Of a stretch of DNA of 64,000 nt, positions 1 to 12,557 are shown one piece after another (within the stretch, counting starts at the first letter, position 1; each line of letters begins with the position of its first letter). The position numbers and the translations under genes are program-made. The notes below the pieces were generated by a model that was not told where the DNA came from, did no database searches, and saw only the letters and a program-made list of their open reading frames with translations. Origin of the DNA: Octopus sinensis (taxonomy: Eukaryota); assembly GCF_006345805.1 (NCBI RefSeq), contig NC_042999.1, forward strand, positions 66,030,001-66,094,000, written 5' to 3'.

Positions 1-448
1 TCACTCCGAACAAAGAATGTAATGTAGTATTACATGGACACCTCTACGTTCTGAAAGTTACACTTCATCAGTAAAGACCTGGGAGAGACAAATATACACG
101 AGGCGTCTGTATCGAAGCCTACGGGATATCTGACTTAAAATTTTCAAGACTGACGTATTCGCGCCAAACTTATCAACAGTAAATATAAACTGCCGATTCA
201 ATCTCAGAATTATTCAGAAAATTATCAATTAGTCAATTTAGGGTAGCAAAAAAAATTCAATAGAAATTTATCGCAACCAGCGGCCTGGTGAAAAAGAGAA
301 AATAGTCATCGACTAAATATAAATATAACGATTTAGGAGTGACCCCAACAGGTCACTCGTCCACCAGAAAGAGCAGCCATAACTCACACCGCCAAGTATT
401 ATTAATTCAGAAATTAGGTGAAAATTTAAAAACATTTACCCTAATTCA

Positions 449-550
449 TCTTTTAGACGTTGCAACGTTTCTGTGTCATTAATGATTAAATTAGCTTAAT
501 TAAATTAAATTAAGCCAATCTACCATAGGTTACACTTCATCAGTAAAGAC
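449..550 (-). ncRNA. type I hammerhead ribozyme motif with extended stem II
   Basis: Minus strand: GUCUUUA-CUGAUGA-A-GUGU...ACAC-A-GAA-ACGU(UGCA)ACGU-C-UAAAAGA. GUC triplet; predicted cleavage between plus-strand 456 and 455. Confidence 0.7.
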
Positions 551-927
551 CTGGGAGAGGAGAGAGACCAAATATACACGAGGCGTATGTATCGAAGCCT
601 ACGGGATATCTGACTTAAAATTTTCAAGACTGACGTATTCGCGCCAAACTTATCAACAGTAAATATAAACTGCCGATTCAATCTCAGAATTATTCAGAAA
701 ATTATCAATAGTCAATTTAGGGTAGGCAAAAAAAATTCAATAGAAATTTATCGCAACCGGGGCTGGTGAAAAAGAGAAAATAGTCATCGACTAAATATAT
801 AAATATAACGATTTAGGAGTGACCCCAACAGGTCACTCGTCACCAGAAAGAGCAGCCATAAACTCGCACCGCCAAGTATTATTAATCAGAAATTAGGTGA
901 AAATTTAAAAACATTTACCCTAATTCA

Positions 928-1029
928 TCTTTTAGACGTTGCAACGTTTCTGTGTCATTAATGATTAAATTAGCTTAATTAAATTAAATTAAGCCAATCT
1001 ACCATAGGTTACACTTCATCAGTAAAGAC
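928..1029 (-). ncRNA. type I hammerhead ribozyme motif, second copy
   Basis: Identical to the 449-550 motif. Predicted cleavage between 935 and 934. Confidence 0.7.
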
Positions 1030-1243
1030 CTGGGAGAGACAAATATACACGAGGCGTCTGGTATCGAAGCCTACGGGATATCTGACTTAAAATTTTCAAG
1101 ACTGACGTATTCGCGCCAAACTTATCAACAGTAAATATAAACTGCGATTCAATCTCAGAATTATTCAGAAAATTATCAATTAGTCAATTTAGGGTAGCAA
1201 AAAAATTCAATAGAAATTTATCGCAACCAGCGGCCTGGTGAAA

Positions 1244-1287
<44 letters not shown>

Positions 1288-1299
1288 TATATATATATA

Positions 1300-2275
1300 A
1301 TCCCTTTAAAGGTCGAATTATAAGTATTAAAGCGCTACCGATAGTTCATATTTTGAGAAAACTCAAACATTGTTTAGGCGCAAACCACATATCATAACGA
1401 ACTAAAGAAACTGAATAAGAGAAGAACCGTGAAAAAACTGAGAAGGCAGCATTTAGAAAGCGCAGACAGTAAACATCGGAGAACAGAAAATAGAGAAACG
1501 AACAACAAGAAAATAAAATTTCAGAACTAGAATGTAAAAAGTAAAAAATGTAAAAGAACCATCCTCTTTACACCTTAAATAATCAGGCTGGAAAGTTAAC
1601 AAGTCAGTCAGGAATAGGCGGAAATTTCTAATTCTTCAAAATACATCTATATATATATATATATACATGAACCACTGAACGATTCTGACCTGGAGTTCAA
1701 TAGAGTGTTAAGGATCTCAGATCTGAACAGGATCTGCGCTCTTTCAGCCAAAGAAAGTCCACATTTATTCAATCCATTCACATAAGGTATAGACTTTTCA
1801 ACTCCTTTCCATTTAATCAGATGCGGTGTTTCGTAATTTTTAAAAGTCCATATGTAGCTAGCCAACTTATTAGCTTTACTTTTGACCCTATGTCGGAAGG
1901 AGGCTATGTGATTGGCATAGCGGCTTTTATATTCACCTTCTTATAATCCAGTGTAGGACTTCTTATCAGTTGTATTTTTATTTAGGGTTGCAGTAACGTC
2001 AGCTTCATATATATGATAGATTTAGTCGTACATTGTTGTTCAAGTGGACAGGATCCTGAGTCGCGACCGTTGCAACCGGATTCAGGCTTTGGGTATTGAT
2101 CACGTATAATGATTCTCTTCCTATTGGGGCAGCTGATATATGATAATTTCAAAGAAACATCTATGAAATATTTCATGTATCTGTTAGTTTCTATATTAAT
2201 GGAAAATATGTTTCAGTTTTCTCAACGCATGGAACTAGTAGTAGCGCTTTAATAAATATATTGTAACCTTTAAAT
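1300..2275 (-). mobile_element. Penelope-like element 3' remnant bounded by diverged inverted repeats
   Basis: GIY-YIG remnant plus 3' region. 1305-1370 is a diverged reverse complement of 2207-2273. Confidence 0.75.
1665..2176 (-). pseudogene. PLE GIY-YIG endonuclease remnant (Naiad-like pattern)
   Basis: Joined across a frameshift and a stop: CNGRDSGSCPLEQQC...SIIY...KSYTGL*EGEYKSRYANHIASF...LASYIWTFK...IKW...KCGLSLAE...LLNSRSE. This matches the PLE C-terminal endonuclease pattern. Confidence 0.8.
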
Positions 2276-2353
2276 AAATAATATTTATCTCCCATCATTT
2301 TGAGCACTTTTTTTTTGCTGAATTTCTGTCACGAATCAGTCCACATGTATATA

Positions 2354-2400
<47 letters not shown>

Positions 2401-2419
2401 ATATATATATATATATTAT

Positions 2420-2605
2420 ATATATATTATAGGGAGAAATTACAAGAAAAAGCAGATGAAGACAGGTGGTGTTGACAGGAAACAGATGTATTTATATAAC
2501 GCTCGGGAAGTGATATAGTTTTTAACGTTTCGAGCCTACGCTCTTCCACAGAAAGGAACACAGAAAGAAACAAGGAGAGGAAACAAAGCTTGTGTAGCGA
2601 CTAGA
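2420..2605 (-). mobile_element. short non-coding PLE-type 3' fragment (family also at 14.2 kb and 49.8 kb)
   Basis: Shares ACGTTTCGAGCCTACGCTCTT and AAACAAGGAGAG with 14205-14340 and 49785-49995. Abuts (TA)n. Confidence 0.6.
2519..2555 (-). ncRNA. minimal hammerhead variant (U at core position 6)
   Basis: Minus strand: CUUU-CUGUGGA-A-GAGC(GUAG)GCUC-GAA-ACGU-U-AAAA. Confidence 0.45.
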
Positions 2606-3919
2606 GATATATCATGCATACATGCACTCACTACAACACCCTATCTTTTCTAACTACACTTTTACAACGCGTCTCTCATTATGAAGATAGGCTGAAATTT
2701 CGTCAATATATTTCATGTTGTCGCATGAAATTCACGGGAACTCGTTGCAACAACGTAACTTTATTGATGTGACTTCAACATGATTACTACGCTGAGGAAT
2801 GTTTGTAGCGCAAAAGTTTCATAATGAGCTTTCTCTAATTACGAAAAGTATGTAGCTTACGTATGTGTGTGTGTGTGTGTTATTTAAAATACAAAGCTTT
2901 ATGTAATGTATATTTAGACATATGAATACAAAACAATTAGAAACAAATCTTGCATGTGGGAAAACACAAAATATTGTTGTAACTGATATATCACTTCTAC
3001 ATGTGTCCTTTTGAACAAGTTAGAATATTTAGTTTATAGTTTTTAAGTTCCTTTAAAGAGGGACGTAGTAACGTAATATTTATAGTTTCTGTCGAGAAAA
3101 CGGTTGCGTTTGATTGCAGCCCTTAAAACATGCTGGATTCCGTTGTGCTTAATGTTAGCTTTTATTTTTTTCCCTGAATATGTTTTACGAATCATGACTA
3201 TATATGCTGTATCTCAATATTTTTCCCATTTTTTCTTTGTTATACTTAGCTGCACAAGTAAAAAGGAGTAACAAAATGATTCGGTGTTGATTGTACGATA
3301 AAATATTTATTATATACGGCACTATTGTTTCCGTAAGCATAAAATGGCAGTAGTTCCCCCTTGTTTTATAGCTCAAATTAAAAAATTTAAGAATACAAGG
3401 GTATAAGGAGAAATGTGTACTGAGACAGGAATCGAGATATAGAGGCTGAGAGGGAGAAAGAGAAGGAGAACGAGAGAGGAAAAGAGGGAGTAGAACACAG
3501 ACGAAATTAAAAGTACATGAAACTGTTTATAAACAGTTTGGCCATGGGCTCTTAGGAGCCTCGTTCGATTTGTTTTGCTCCGCCTCTGTTCTGTTTTTTT
3601 TTTTCCAACGGATTTCCTATTTCTTCCTGAAGAGAAAGACACAATATGGTCTCATTATTCAATCGGAATTTGGTAAATTGTGCCTTTCGAAACACGTGTA
3701 GAATGCAATAAAACGATTTCTGTTCAATCTTCGTTCAACTCCATTTCTTCAATTCACTAATAATATAAAATTCAATTATCCGCACCAACGCACGGTTGCA
3801 ACACCATATGGTTGTACCTCCAACCGTGCTGTCTTCTGCTGTGATTTTTGCTACCAAGGTATCGGTTAAACTTTTGATTAATCTGCAACAAGATTATTCA
3901 TCTTTCTATTTCACATATA

Positions 3920-4628
3920 TAATATAATATATATATACATATATATACATACACATATGTATAAATATACAATATATATATATATATGTATATATACATA
4001 TGTATAAATATATATATAGCATATTATATAATATATATATATATATATTATCATATGTATATTATGTAGATATTATATATATATATACATATATATATTA
4101 TATATATATATTATCTATATATATACATATATATATATATCTATATATATACATATACTATCTATATATATACATATACATATATATTTATATATATCTT
4201 TAAATATATATATAATATATATACATATCTATATATATATATACATATCTATATATATATACATATACATATATATATACATATACATATATATATATAT
4301 ACATATACACATATATATACATATACACATATATATATACATATACACATATATATACATATACACATATATATATACATATATATACACACATATACAC
4401 ATATATACATATACATATATACATATACATATATATACATATACATATATATATACATATATATATCTATATATATACATATCTATATTTATATACATAT
4501 ACATATCTATATTTATATACATATACATATATATCTATATCTATATATATATACAAATACATATATACATAAGTATATATACATATATATATCTATATAT
4601 ATATATATACATACAAATACATATATAC

Positions 4629-4669
<41 letters not shown>

Positions 4670-4735
4670 CAAATACATATATACATATCTATATATATAT
4701 ATACATATATATATATATTTATTTATTTATTAGAT
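3920..4735. repeat. (TA)n/(TATACA)n microsatellite
   Basis: Direct inspection. Confidence 0.95.
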
Positions 4736-5354
4736 AAATATTAATCATTAAAAAGAGATAAAGCACGTAGAATATGACACACGCAAGGTAAACACCCTTT
4801 CATCAGATGTTGACTGAAGGTAGATCAAGGCAATTTCGGCACACTGATACACGCATATATATATACTTACTGATACAGCTGTATGTATGTATGTATGTAT
4901 GTATGTATGTATGTATGTATGTATGTATGTATGTATGTATGTATATATGTATGTGTGTATGTATGTGTGTATGTATGTATGCATGTATATATGCACGTAT
5001 GTGTGTATGTATGTATGTATGTACATTTGCGCGCGCCTGTGTGCGTTTGAGCGTGCGTGTATGTGTAAGATGACACAGTTTTAGATATATATTCATACAA
5101 CTTAAATGGTTCAGAAGGAGAACTGTATTGATGTATAAGTACCAAGTGTTTGCAGCTACTTGAGTCAACAAATTTATGCCGTTAGGTGTTGTTATACCGT
5201 TTCGATATAAAGATCAGTGCATCTATGGCGTTTAAGGTAGGTATTGTGTTTGAATTTCGCGGGAGAAGAATGTTTCGGCATTTTTCCTCCTTGTTCCATA
5301 TTATATATAGTGAAAAAGAATGGCAGTTTATCTATTAATTTTATTTGTCTCAAA

Positions 5355-5585
5355 GGCGGCGAGATGGCAGAAACGTTAGCACGCCGGGCGAAATGCTTAG
5401 CGGTATTTCGTCTGCCGTTACGTTCTGTGTTCAAATACCACCGTGGTCGACTTTGCCTTTCATCCTTTCGGGGTTGATAAATTAAGTACCAGTTACGCAC
5501 TAGGGTCGATTACATCGACTTAATCCGTTTGTCTGTCCTTGTTTGTCCCCTCTCTGTTTAGCCCCTTGTGATTAGTTAAAAATAA
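5355..5585 (+). mobile_element. tRNA-derived SINE, family A (GGCGGCGAGCTGGCAG head)
   Basis: A-box-like TGGCAGAAACG and B-box-like GTTCAAATACC. Body shared with about 10 other copies in the window. Confidence 0.9.
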
Positions 5586-5744
5586 AATTTTATCTATCTC
5601 ATTGATGCACCATGTAATTTATTAACATATAGGCTGAAATATTACTGGTTAGATTGGCTTTATTCGCTATTGTATTGTTGCTGTTATTGTTGTTGTTCTT
5701 CTTCTTCCAATCAAGACTCATGTCATTAGCCACAAAGTATAATC

Positions 5745-6186
5745 TCTTATTCGAGCCTACTCTGAGCTACTAAGAATGCGTGTGGCAACTTGAAGATCCA
5801 CCCACCACACGCGATAGACTGGCGGTTGCACGGGCGCGATAGCTTCGTTGTTATCCTCATTCCGTTAACGGTGGCTTTTAACGGGTGGAGAGCTGAATTT
5901 TTCTGGAGTACAGAGGATTCGCAATGTAGACTAGGGTCTGAAAATTTACCACACCATAGTGGGTTACACCATGGATCCTCTGCTTTGTGGCAGAAGTAGG
6001 AATAAAGAATGAGAGAAAGTTGTGGTGAAAGAGTACAGCGGGGTTCATCACACTCCCCCGCCAGAGCGCCGTGGAGCTTAAGTGCTTTCGCTCAATAAAC
6101 ACTGACAATGCCCGGTCTGGGAATCGAAACCGCGTTCTTACGACCGTGAGTCCGCTGCGCTAACCACTTGGCCATTGCGCCTCCAC
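5745..6186 (-). mobile_element. tRNA-derived SINE, family B head (GGAGGCGCAATGGCC) with tail 1
   Basis: Reverse complement aligns along its length with 61153-61580. B box GGTTTCGATTCCC. Confidence 0.9.
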
Positions 6187-8795
6187 TGTTGCTGTTGCTG
6201 CTGCCATTGTTATTAATGGATATATATATATGGTTAGATGGCATTATTGCATTCTACGACACTGTTCACCTAGGAAATTCTCAGATTATCTCCGACGCCA
6301 ACCAAGGGCTTGGAGGGATTTTTTCTAAGACGTTTAGTATTGAAAAAATTATTGTTAGTATTCTCTTTTAAATACAGTGTAATATATTAGCTTTAACTTT
6401 ATTAGTGATCTTTATCTTGCATGGTGTTTATTTACTAAAGTTAACTGCATTTATGTAGATCATGTGGCAGATCCTCTAGCTGCTGGCTTTTCCCTCGCCT
6501 TAATGCTCGAAATGTCCGCTATTTCAGCTGCTCCAATGTGCTTTCAACAGATGCTTTTTGTGATCCGAGGACAGAATGTTAAATCATCAAGGGAGACATC
6601 AAAATCCTCCGGTGCTCTTACATCGCTTCTTGCGAACACTTCCACTAAGATAACTGCAAATATACGCATGCCTGCATGAAATCAGATAGGAAACGCACTA
6701 GCTGCACTCCGTCAAATACAGAAATATGGTTATGTTGCTTGGTTTCGTATCTAACGCCAAGTCTTAGGTCGGATAATACAAAATTCTTCTTTACCACAGT
6801 AAAAATGCTCCATAAACGTTCTTGGTGATTGCAATTTCAATAGATCTCATCAAGTAACAATTTCATTGAGTTTAAACTTAAATTTTTTTTATCTAATTTA
6901 TATTTTATTATGCTAGTTTGTCATGCAAAATAACATATTTAGTCCGATATTTTTGGTTTGATGATGCCCATCAACAATTTCTCCCACAAAATATATTTGT
7001 GAAGATAATCTAAATTAACCTGTCACAAACATCTTTTCTATGTAACTAACCACCTTGAATATAGAAGGTTCGACCCTGTCTGTGTCTGTTAACTTAATGA
7101 AAATTCTATTTAAGTTGGAGTTGGAGAACCAAATATTGTTTCGCGAAATTGAGACTGATTATTTCAAAAATCCTTTGAAACCAGTCAGACAATTCGAAAT
7201 ACCTGAGCAACATAGCTACATTTTTAAACCTATAACTTCCATCAGCGATGACCACATAACCCTGTTTAATTTCGTTTAGCTGCAAGAAGTATTAATATTC
7301 GGAGTGGTTCAGGGTAAGCACGTGCAAGAAAGCTTCTGAGACAATATAATTTTTCAAAGGACTTAGTGTCCTGAAGTCATCCACCGAGTGACCTTGTTTC
7401 CACGCTTATTCACACATTCTACTCTCACTATTTCTCTTGTTTATTCATAGAAAATGCTTTCAACAATTCGCTTCCTTTTGTGTGGGTATTTGCTATCATT
7501 GGTTATCTTTTTCTTCATGTATTTGGTTTTAGTTCCTGAATTCTCTCGACTTCCATTTCGAGAGTGCGTGGTTCTTATATCGTTTGTTTTCCAAAGAGAA
7601 TTTCACCTTAATCTGCATATAACCTTCTAATATTGTATCCATCAGTAGTCTTTTGTTTGCAATCTTTTAGCCAGTGCGTTTCCACATTCTCTCAGTTTCT
7701 AACTTCTTGTTCATGATGTTTGTAATTTTATGAACTTCTTCAACTCCTTTTGGTTTTCCGGAACTTGCTTTTTTCTGTTGGCGCTGTTCTTAATATTCGT
7801 GTTAGAGTAATAGACTTGTTGTTATTATTATTATTGTTATTGCTCCATACTGTTGTACTTGTTTATCATAATCAAGCACATCCAGCAAGCTCAAATCATT
7901 CTTCTTAATTATATTAGATTGGTTAAATTTTCGACTTTTAGATTGCTTTATTCTCTGAAATAAAAAGGTAATATCTCATCCAATTTCGTTGCAAGTAGGG
8001 ATATATGAAGAAAGTAAATACTCCGACTAAAAAAGAAATGGTAGGCAAATGAAAGCTTCATATTTTTTGAAGCTGGATGAATGAAGTTTATAGGGATATA
8101 TGAGAGAAATTTTGTTGTTACCGATTTTCTTTCAGTCATGATTTCACTCATGTTCTTGTCGTTATTATTGCCAATACTATTGCAGTTTCTTCAACTTTGT
8201 TGATAACATTGTGGATTAACGAAATGATATAAGGGACTAATGTTGTAAATACCACAACAATTGCATTATACTGAATTTCTAACTTTTACCACCATCAGTA
8301 TGGAACCTAGTTCGTCATTTTAACACGTTTTTGGTTCTCAGTAGTATTTTGGATGCCATACGAGTCTTCAGCAATTTTCCATAGAAATATCCCCGAAACT
8401 CTACTACCTACTACAATCTGATAGCCAACAATTCCCCATGTCATTTCCTAATGATCGAATGACGCATTCACTTTGGAACATCCTCGAACTATGGCAGTAG
8501 GGACAAGGGGAAATTGTGGGTTACAGGAGTAATTCTCTCTACTCCCTAAATTAGAAAAAAAAATCAATGCTTCAAATGGTTTCAAATATTTACCTTTTCT
8601 TGCCCAGAAAATGAAAATGGGACCTACAAATATTTCAAGTGTTTTTCTGTTTAACCCAGGAGTATCATGCTCAAACATTTATTTGTCCTTTGTATTTATT
8701 CATTCGACATATATATGATAATTTGTATATTCAAGTGAGTGATTACAGTTTTTTCGCTATTGTTGTACTGATGTTATTGTTGCCATTGTTGTTAA

Positions 8796-8837
<42 letters not shown>

Positions 8838-8838
<1 letters not shown>

Positions 8839-9404
8839 TCAACATTACCAAAGCAAACCTACCAATCATTGCCCAAATAATGAATTAAAAGACATAATCA
8901 CGGATCGCGCTATGGTGCTTAGTAAAAGACAGCCTAAAGACTTGAAAACATTACTAACAAAGGCAAAATTTGACCTTAGCAACAAAGACCAAACATTCAC
9001 GGTATCTAAATGCAATGATAGCCGATGTGGCACATGCCAATTCATACATACCGGTCAATATATAAACACAAAAACCGGGAAAATATTCACAAACGCGAAT
9101 ATGAACTGCAAAAGCAGAAATTTAATTTACTGCATCAAATGCCCAAATTGTGAAGAAATATATGTAGGTCAGACGGGAAACGCACTATTAGAACGCTCAC
9201 GTGTACACCGGCAACAGATTAGAGACCCAGAGGTCCGTCAGATACCTTTAAGTAACCACCTAGCAACATGTGGCCGGAAAATGTATATAATATTTCCGTT
9301 CTACAAATTACACAGCCCAAGTGAAATCGAGAGGAGAATCAGAGAAAAGAATCAGAGAAAAGAATTTTATTGATAAATTCGAACCCAAGCTAAATAAGCA
9401 ATAA
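8838..9404 (+). pseudogene. PLE C-terminal GIY-YIG endonuclease with CCHH-type Zn ligands
   Basis: KCNDSRCGTC...CKSRNLIYCIKCPNCEEIYVGQTG...RVHRQQI...SNHL. A 13-nt duplication near 9338-9363 shifts off the native end FIDKFEPKLNKQ*. Confidence 0.9.
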
Positions 9405-9898
9405 TAATAATACTTAGAGGTACTACTTCCAATGCTACGACCATGACCACTGACAACAACAACAATACTAAAGGTGATCAAGATGAAGATAGCAGGAAAA
9501 TTATCTTATTTAGGGTTAAACGTTCTATTGCCACCACCATCACCACTAGCAACAATAATTAAGGTGCTGACAAAGATGATGATGACAATTGAAATATAAA
9601 AATATAAAAATCTCTGACAAAGGATATTTACAACATTTCTAAAAATAACCCAACAATTGCTGCTTTGGCCAGGGTCAAGATACAGGACTCTTGACATGTC
9701 CAACAAAGCGTGATGCCTAAACCAATCAGCTCAACCAACCAATCAGCTTAAGTAATTGAGTGATGCTACACACTGATTGGTCAGAATACAGTTTGCAAAA
9801 CCTAGCACTCTGGAGCCTACCCAGCTGTATTTATAGCACAGAATCAATCATCTTGCTACAGTCAAAAATTGTGAAGCACGACTGTCACCACTACTACA

Positions 9899-9944
9899 TG
9901 AACCCGAAGATTGCAGAATTCAATGCATGAAAGTACTATTTCAA
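9899..9944 (+). ncRNA. degenerate type I hammerhead motif in PLE 3' region
   Basis: UGAAC-CCGAAGA-U-UGCA(GAAUUCAA)UGCA-U-GAA-AGUACU-A-UUUCA. First stem I pair is mismatched. Confidence 0.45.
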
Positions 9945-11354
9945 TCAGAATGAACATTTAACATTCTACTATTTCATTTTATTTTATTCAATTATAATAT
10001 ATTATCTTATAATATATCATTATAAGATTGTGAATAAAACGTGAAAATCAGACAAGGTTGGAATTCCTTTTATTAATATATATATATATATATAGATAGA
10101 TAGATAGATAGATAGATATTTATATTTATATGCATGTATTTATATATATATATATATCTGTGTATGTGTATGGTGTGTGAACTTTACGGTATGTTGTGTG
10201 GTGTATGTGTGTATATGTGTATACATATATGCATCCAAATATACACATATGCATATAACTAAGTATCTATACATACGCACACATACAGGTATATACATAC
10301 ATAGTCATATATATATATTCATACACGCATCCATCCCTCCATCCCTTCGTCTATCCATATATACATCCATCCATACATCTATGCATACATACATACATGC
10401 ATACATACCTACATAGATAAAATGGAATTTTAACCAAAGATGAGATTGACAAAATGTAATGCATTGTTCTTAAACCTTTCTTTCGAATAAAAGTGTTTAT
10501 GGTATTTCTTTCAGCCAGAGTTACCCATACACACCACGGTATTTTGAATCATGCAAAAAATAGTGAGAGAGAATGTTTAGAACGTTGGAAACTTATAACC
10601 AACGGACATATTCACAGAATTCAATATCGAAATTTAAGTAGTTACGACAAATATTTGATATCACTGAACAAGTTTTAAAATATTTCACAAGAGATATAGG
10701 ATATTGATTATAGACATGAATATGCTGTAGATGAAAGAAGTTTTGGGTCATTAAAACTTCTTAGTGTCCTTGTATATACGGTGGAGTGGTTTCACTAACA
10801 TACAGTAAGCTATACAAAAAACAATGACAATATCAACTTCTAAGTTGTCATCAGTTTGACATTGTCGAAGACATCATGGCGTATGTGGAATAATTCCATG
10901 CAGTAAGTAGTCTTAAGCTGAGAGCGGGGTGGACATTAGGTATTCACACTTCAACAAAGGAATCCCGTTACTGTTCTTGCTTTATTTCTCTTCTTTTTTT
11001 TTTCTTTCAAAGGAAAGGAAACAAAAATGTTCTCTAATGAGCACTGTGGACTGGAAATAAAGATAGAGATACTATGCAAATGATTACAGATGCGTAGATA
11101 TGTAGACAGAAAAGCATAGTAAATCTTGAATTTACTGTCAATTATAAAATGATTCAAAAGTGTATAGACAAGTTCTCACAATACGAAAATGTCACGTTTT
11201 TAGCCTAAGCTGTGTTTCCGAGCATGTATTTTTAATATAAGAAGAATAAGGAATATCTGGAATGTAGTTAAGACAGTTAGAATACAAGGACATAGGTACA
11301 CACCTGCGCACAATAACACACATATACGCATTCATATGTATGTATGTATGTATG

Positions 11355-11416
<62 letters not shown>

Positions 11417-12557
11417 GTAATATGTTTATGTGTGCGTGTATATACATATATGTACACACACACATATATATATATATGTACATGAAATGTATATATATCA
11501 GGAGTACATATATGATGCAGGTATATGTATATATGTACATATATATATATACACCTGCATCATATATGTACTCATGTGTGTGGGTGTGTACACACACACA
11601 CACACATATATATATATAATTATGTTTTGCATGAATCTATATGCATATGCTCTCAAATGGATATATTATATGTGTCTGTGTATGTGAGAGGGAAAGAAAA
11701 AGAAAGAGATTATATGTGTGTGAGACTGCCAGTGTGTTTGTTTGTATGTATGCGTGTGTGTACGTTTCTGTGCGTGTGTGTGTAGATATAAATAAAATGT
11801 ACAAAATGTGTTAAAAGTTTTGGGGAAAATTATAAATTGAAACAGAAAACTTAGGATGTAAATGGTTACTTGCAGAATAAAAAATAAAATGTCCAAAACT
11901 GATACACGAAAGTAGGTATAAAAATTTCGAATATTAAATAAATGTAAAATATTCTAAAATCCGAATTTAAACTTAAGAAAATCTAGGAAGAAAAGTTTCT
12001 TTTCAAGTGCGTTAACAACGCTCTCATGTATATATATATGTACGTACGCAAGATTCCTTTTATAATGCGTAATAGTAGAGATAAACGAAAAAGAGAGAAG
12101 CAAAAGTATAACACCAAATGAAAGTGAGGAAGGGAATAAGAATAGGAAAAAAACACATAAAACAGAATAAACAAAAATAAGATAAAGAGGAAAGGAAGGG
12201 CGAATTATGATAGGGAGATACGGGAAAATGGTTAAAACGGAAAATTGGCAAATCAATGAATAAATGAACTGGGGATAAGTAAAGAGCAGCCACAAGAGAA
12301 AATTAAAGTTAAATTCAGAGACGCCAAAGACTGGGTCGAGGCAAATAAAAATATTAATCTCAGCCATAACACCCAGTACTGGTTCTCCCGACAGTCAGCT
12401 GTAGTTGTTGAAGAAACGAAAGAAAATATCACATAACACAATTCGTAGGAGATAAAGGCTGTGCCACCTAAACCTGAAGAGCTACTTTTCCTTTACGAGC
12501 CCACGAAAAATGCATGAAGCCGCATGAAACTGTTATACCTAATAATATGCATTTATA

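Larger units (their letters stand above)
57..1245 (-). repeat. ~475-bp tandem repeat, 2.5 near-identical units, non-coding, hammerhead-bearing (retrozyme-like or tandem PLE pseudo-LTR)
   Basis: GTTACACTTCATCAGTAAAGACC recurs at 57, 529 and 1008 (periods 472 and 479). Units differ mostly by small indels. The third unit ends at (TA)n. Confidence 0.9.
8838..10070 (+). mobile_element. 5'-truncated Penelope-like element (endonuclease domain, 3' UTR, hammerhead relic)
   Basis: Starts after (TA)n. GIY-YIG ORF followed by about 650 bp of 3' region. Confidence 0.85.

Noticed and set aside
57-80. Third hammerhead at the window start
   Set aside because: Only stem I 5' strand and CUGAUGA are present. 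The sequence diverges within stem II and there is no GAAA or stem I partner.
57-1245. Tandem repeat as a CRISPR array
   Set aside because: Units are about 475 bp with no unique spacers, the context is eukaryotic and there are no cas genes.
1362-1400. Possible decayed hammerhead in the PLE 3' region (minus strand)
   Set aside because: Both core boxes are mutated (AUGAUAU, UAAAC), too degenerate to support.
4771-4811. CUGAUGA plus AAGG/CCUU stem on the minus strand
   Set aside because: The GAAA box is absent. At best a dead relic.
6420-8350. Coding-like sequence with interrupted minus-strand frames (possible old transposon)
   Set aside because: Multiple stops and no recognisable catalytic motif. 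A translated search would be needed.
10515-10678. Plus-strand acceptor followed by an open frame
   Set aside because: No good donor and no recognised homology.
12270-12500. Open stretch INELGISKEQPQEKIKVKFRDAKDWVE...
   Set aside because: Interrupted by stops, no splice signals, no family recognised.
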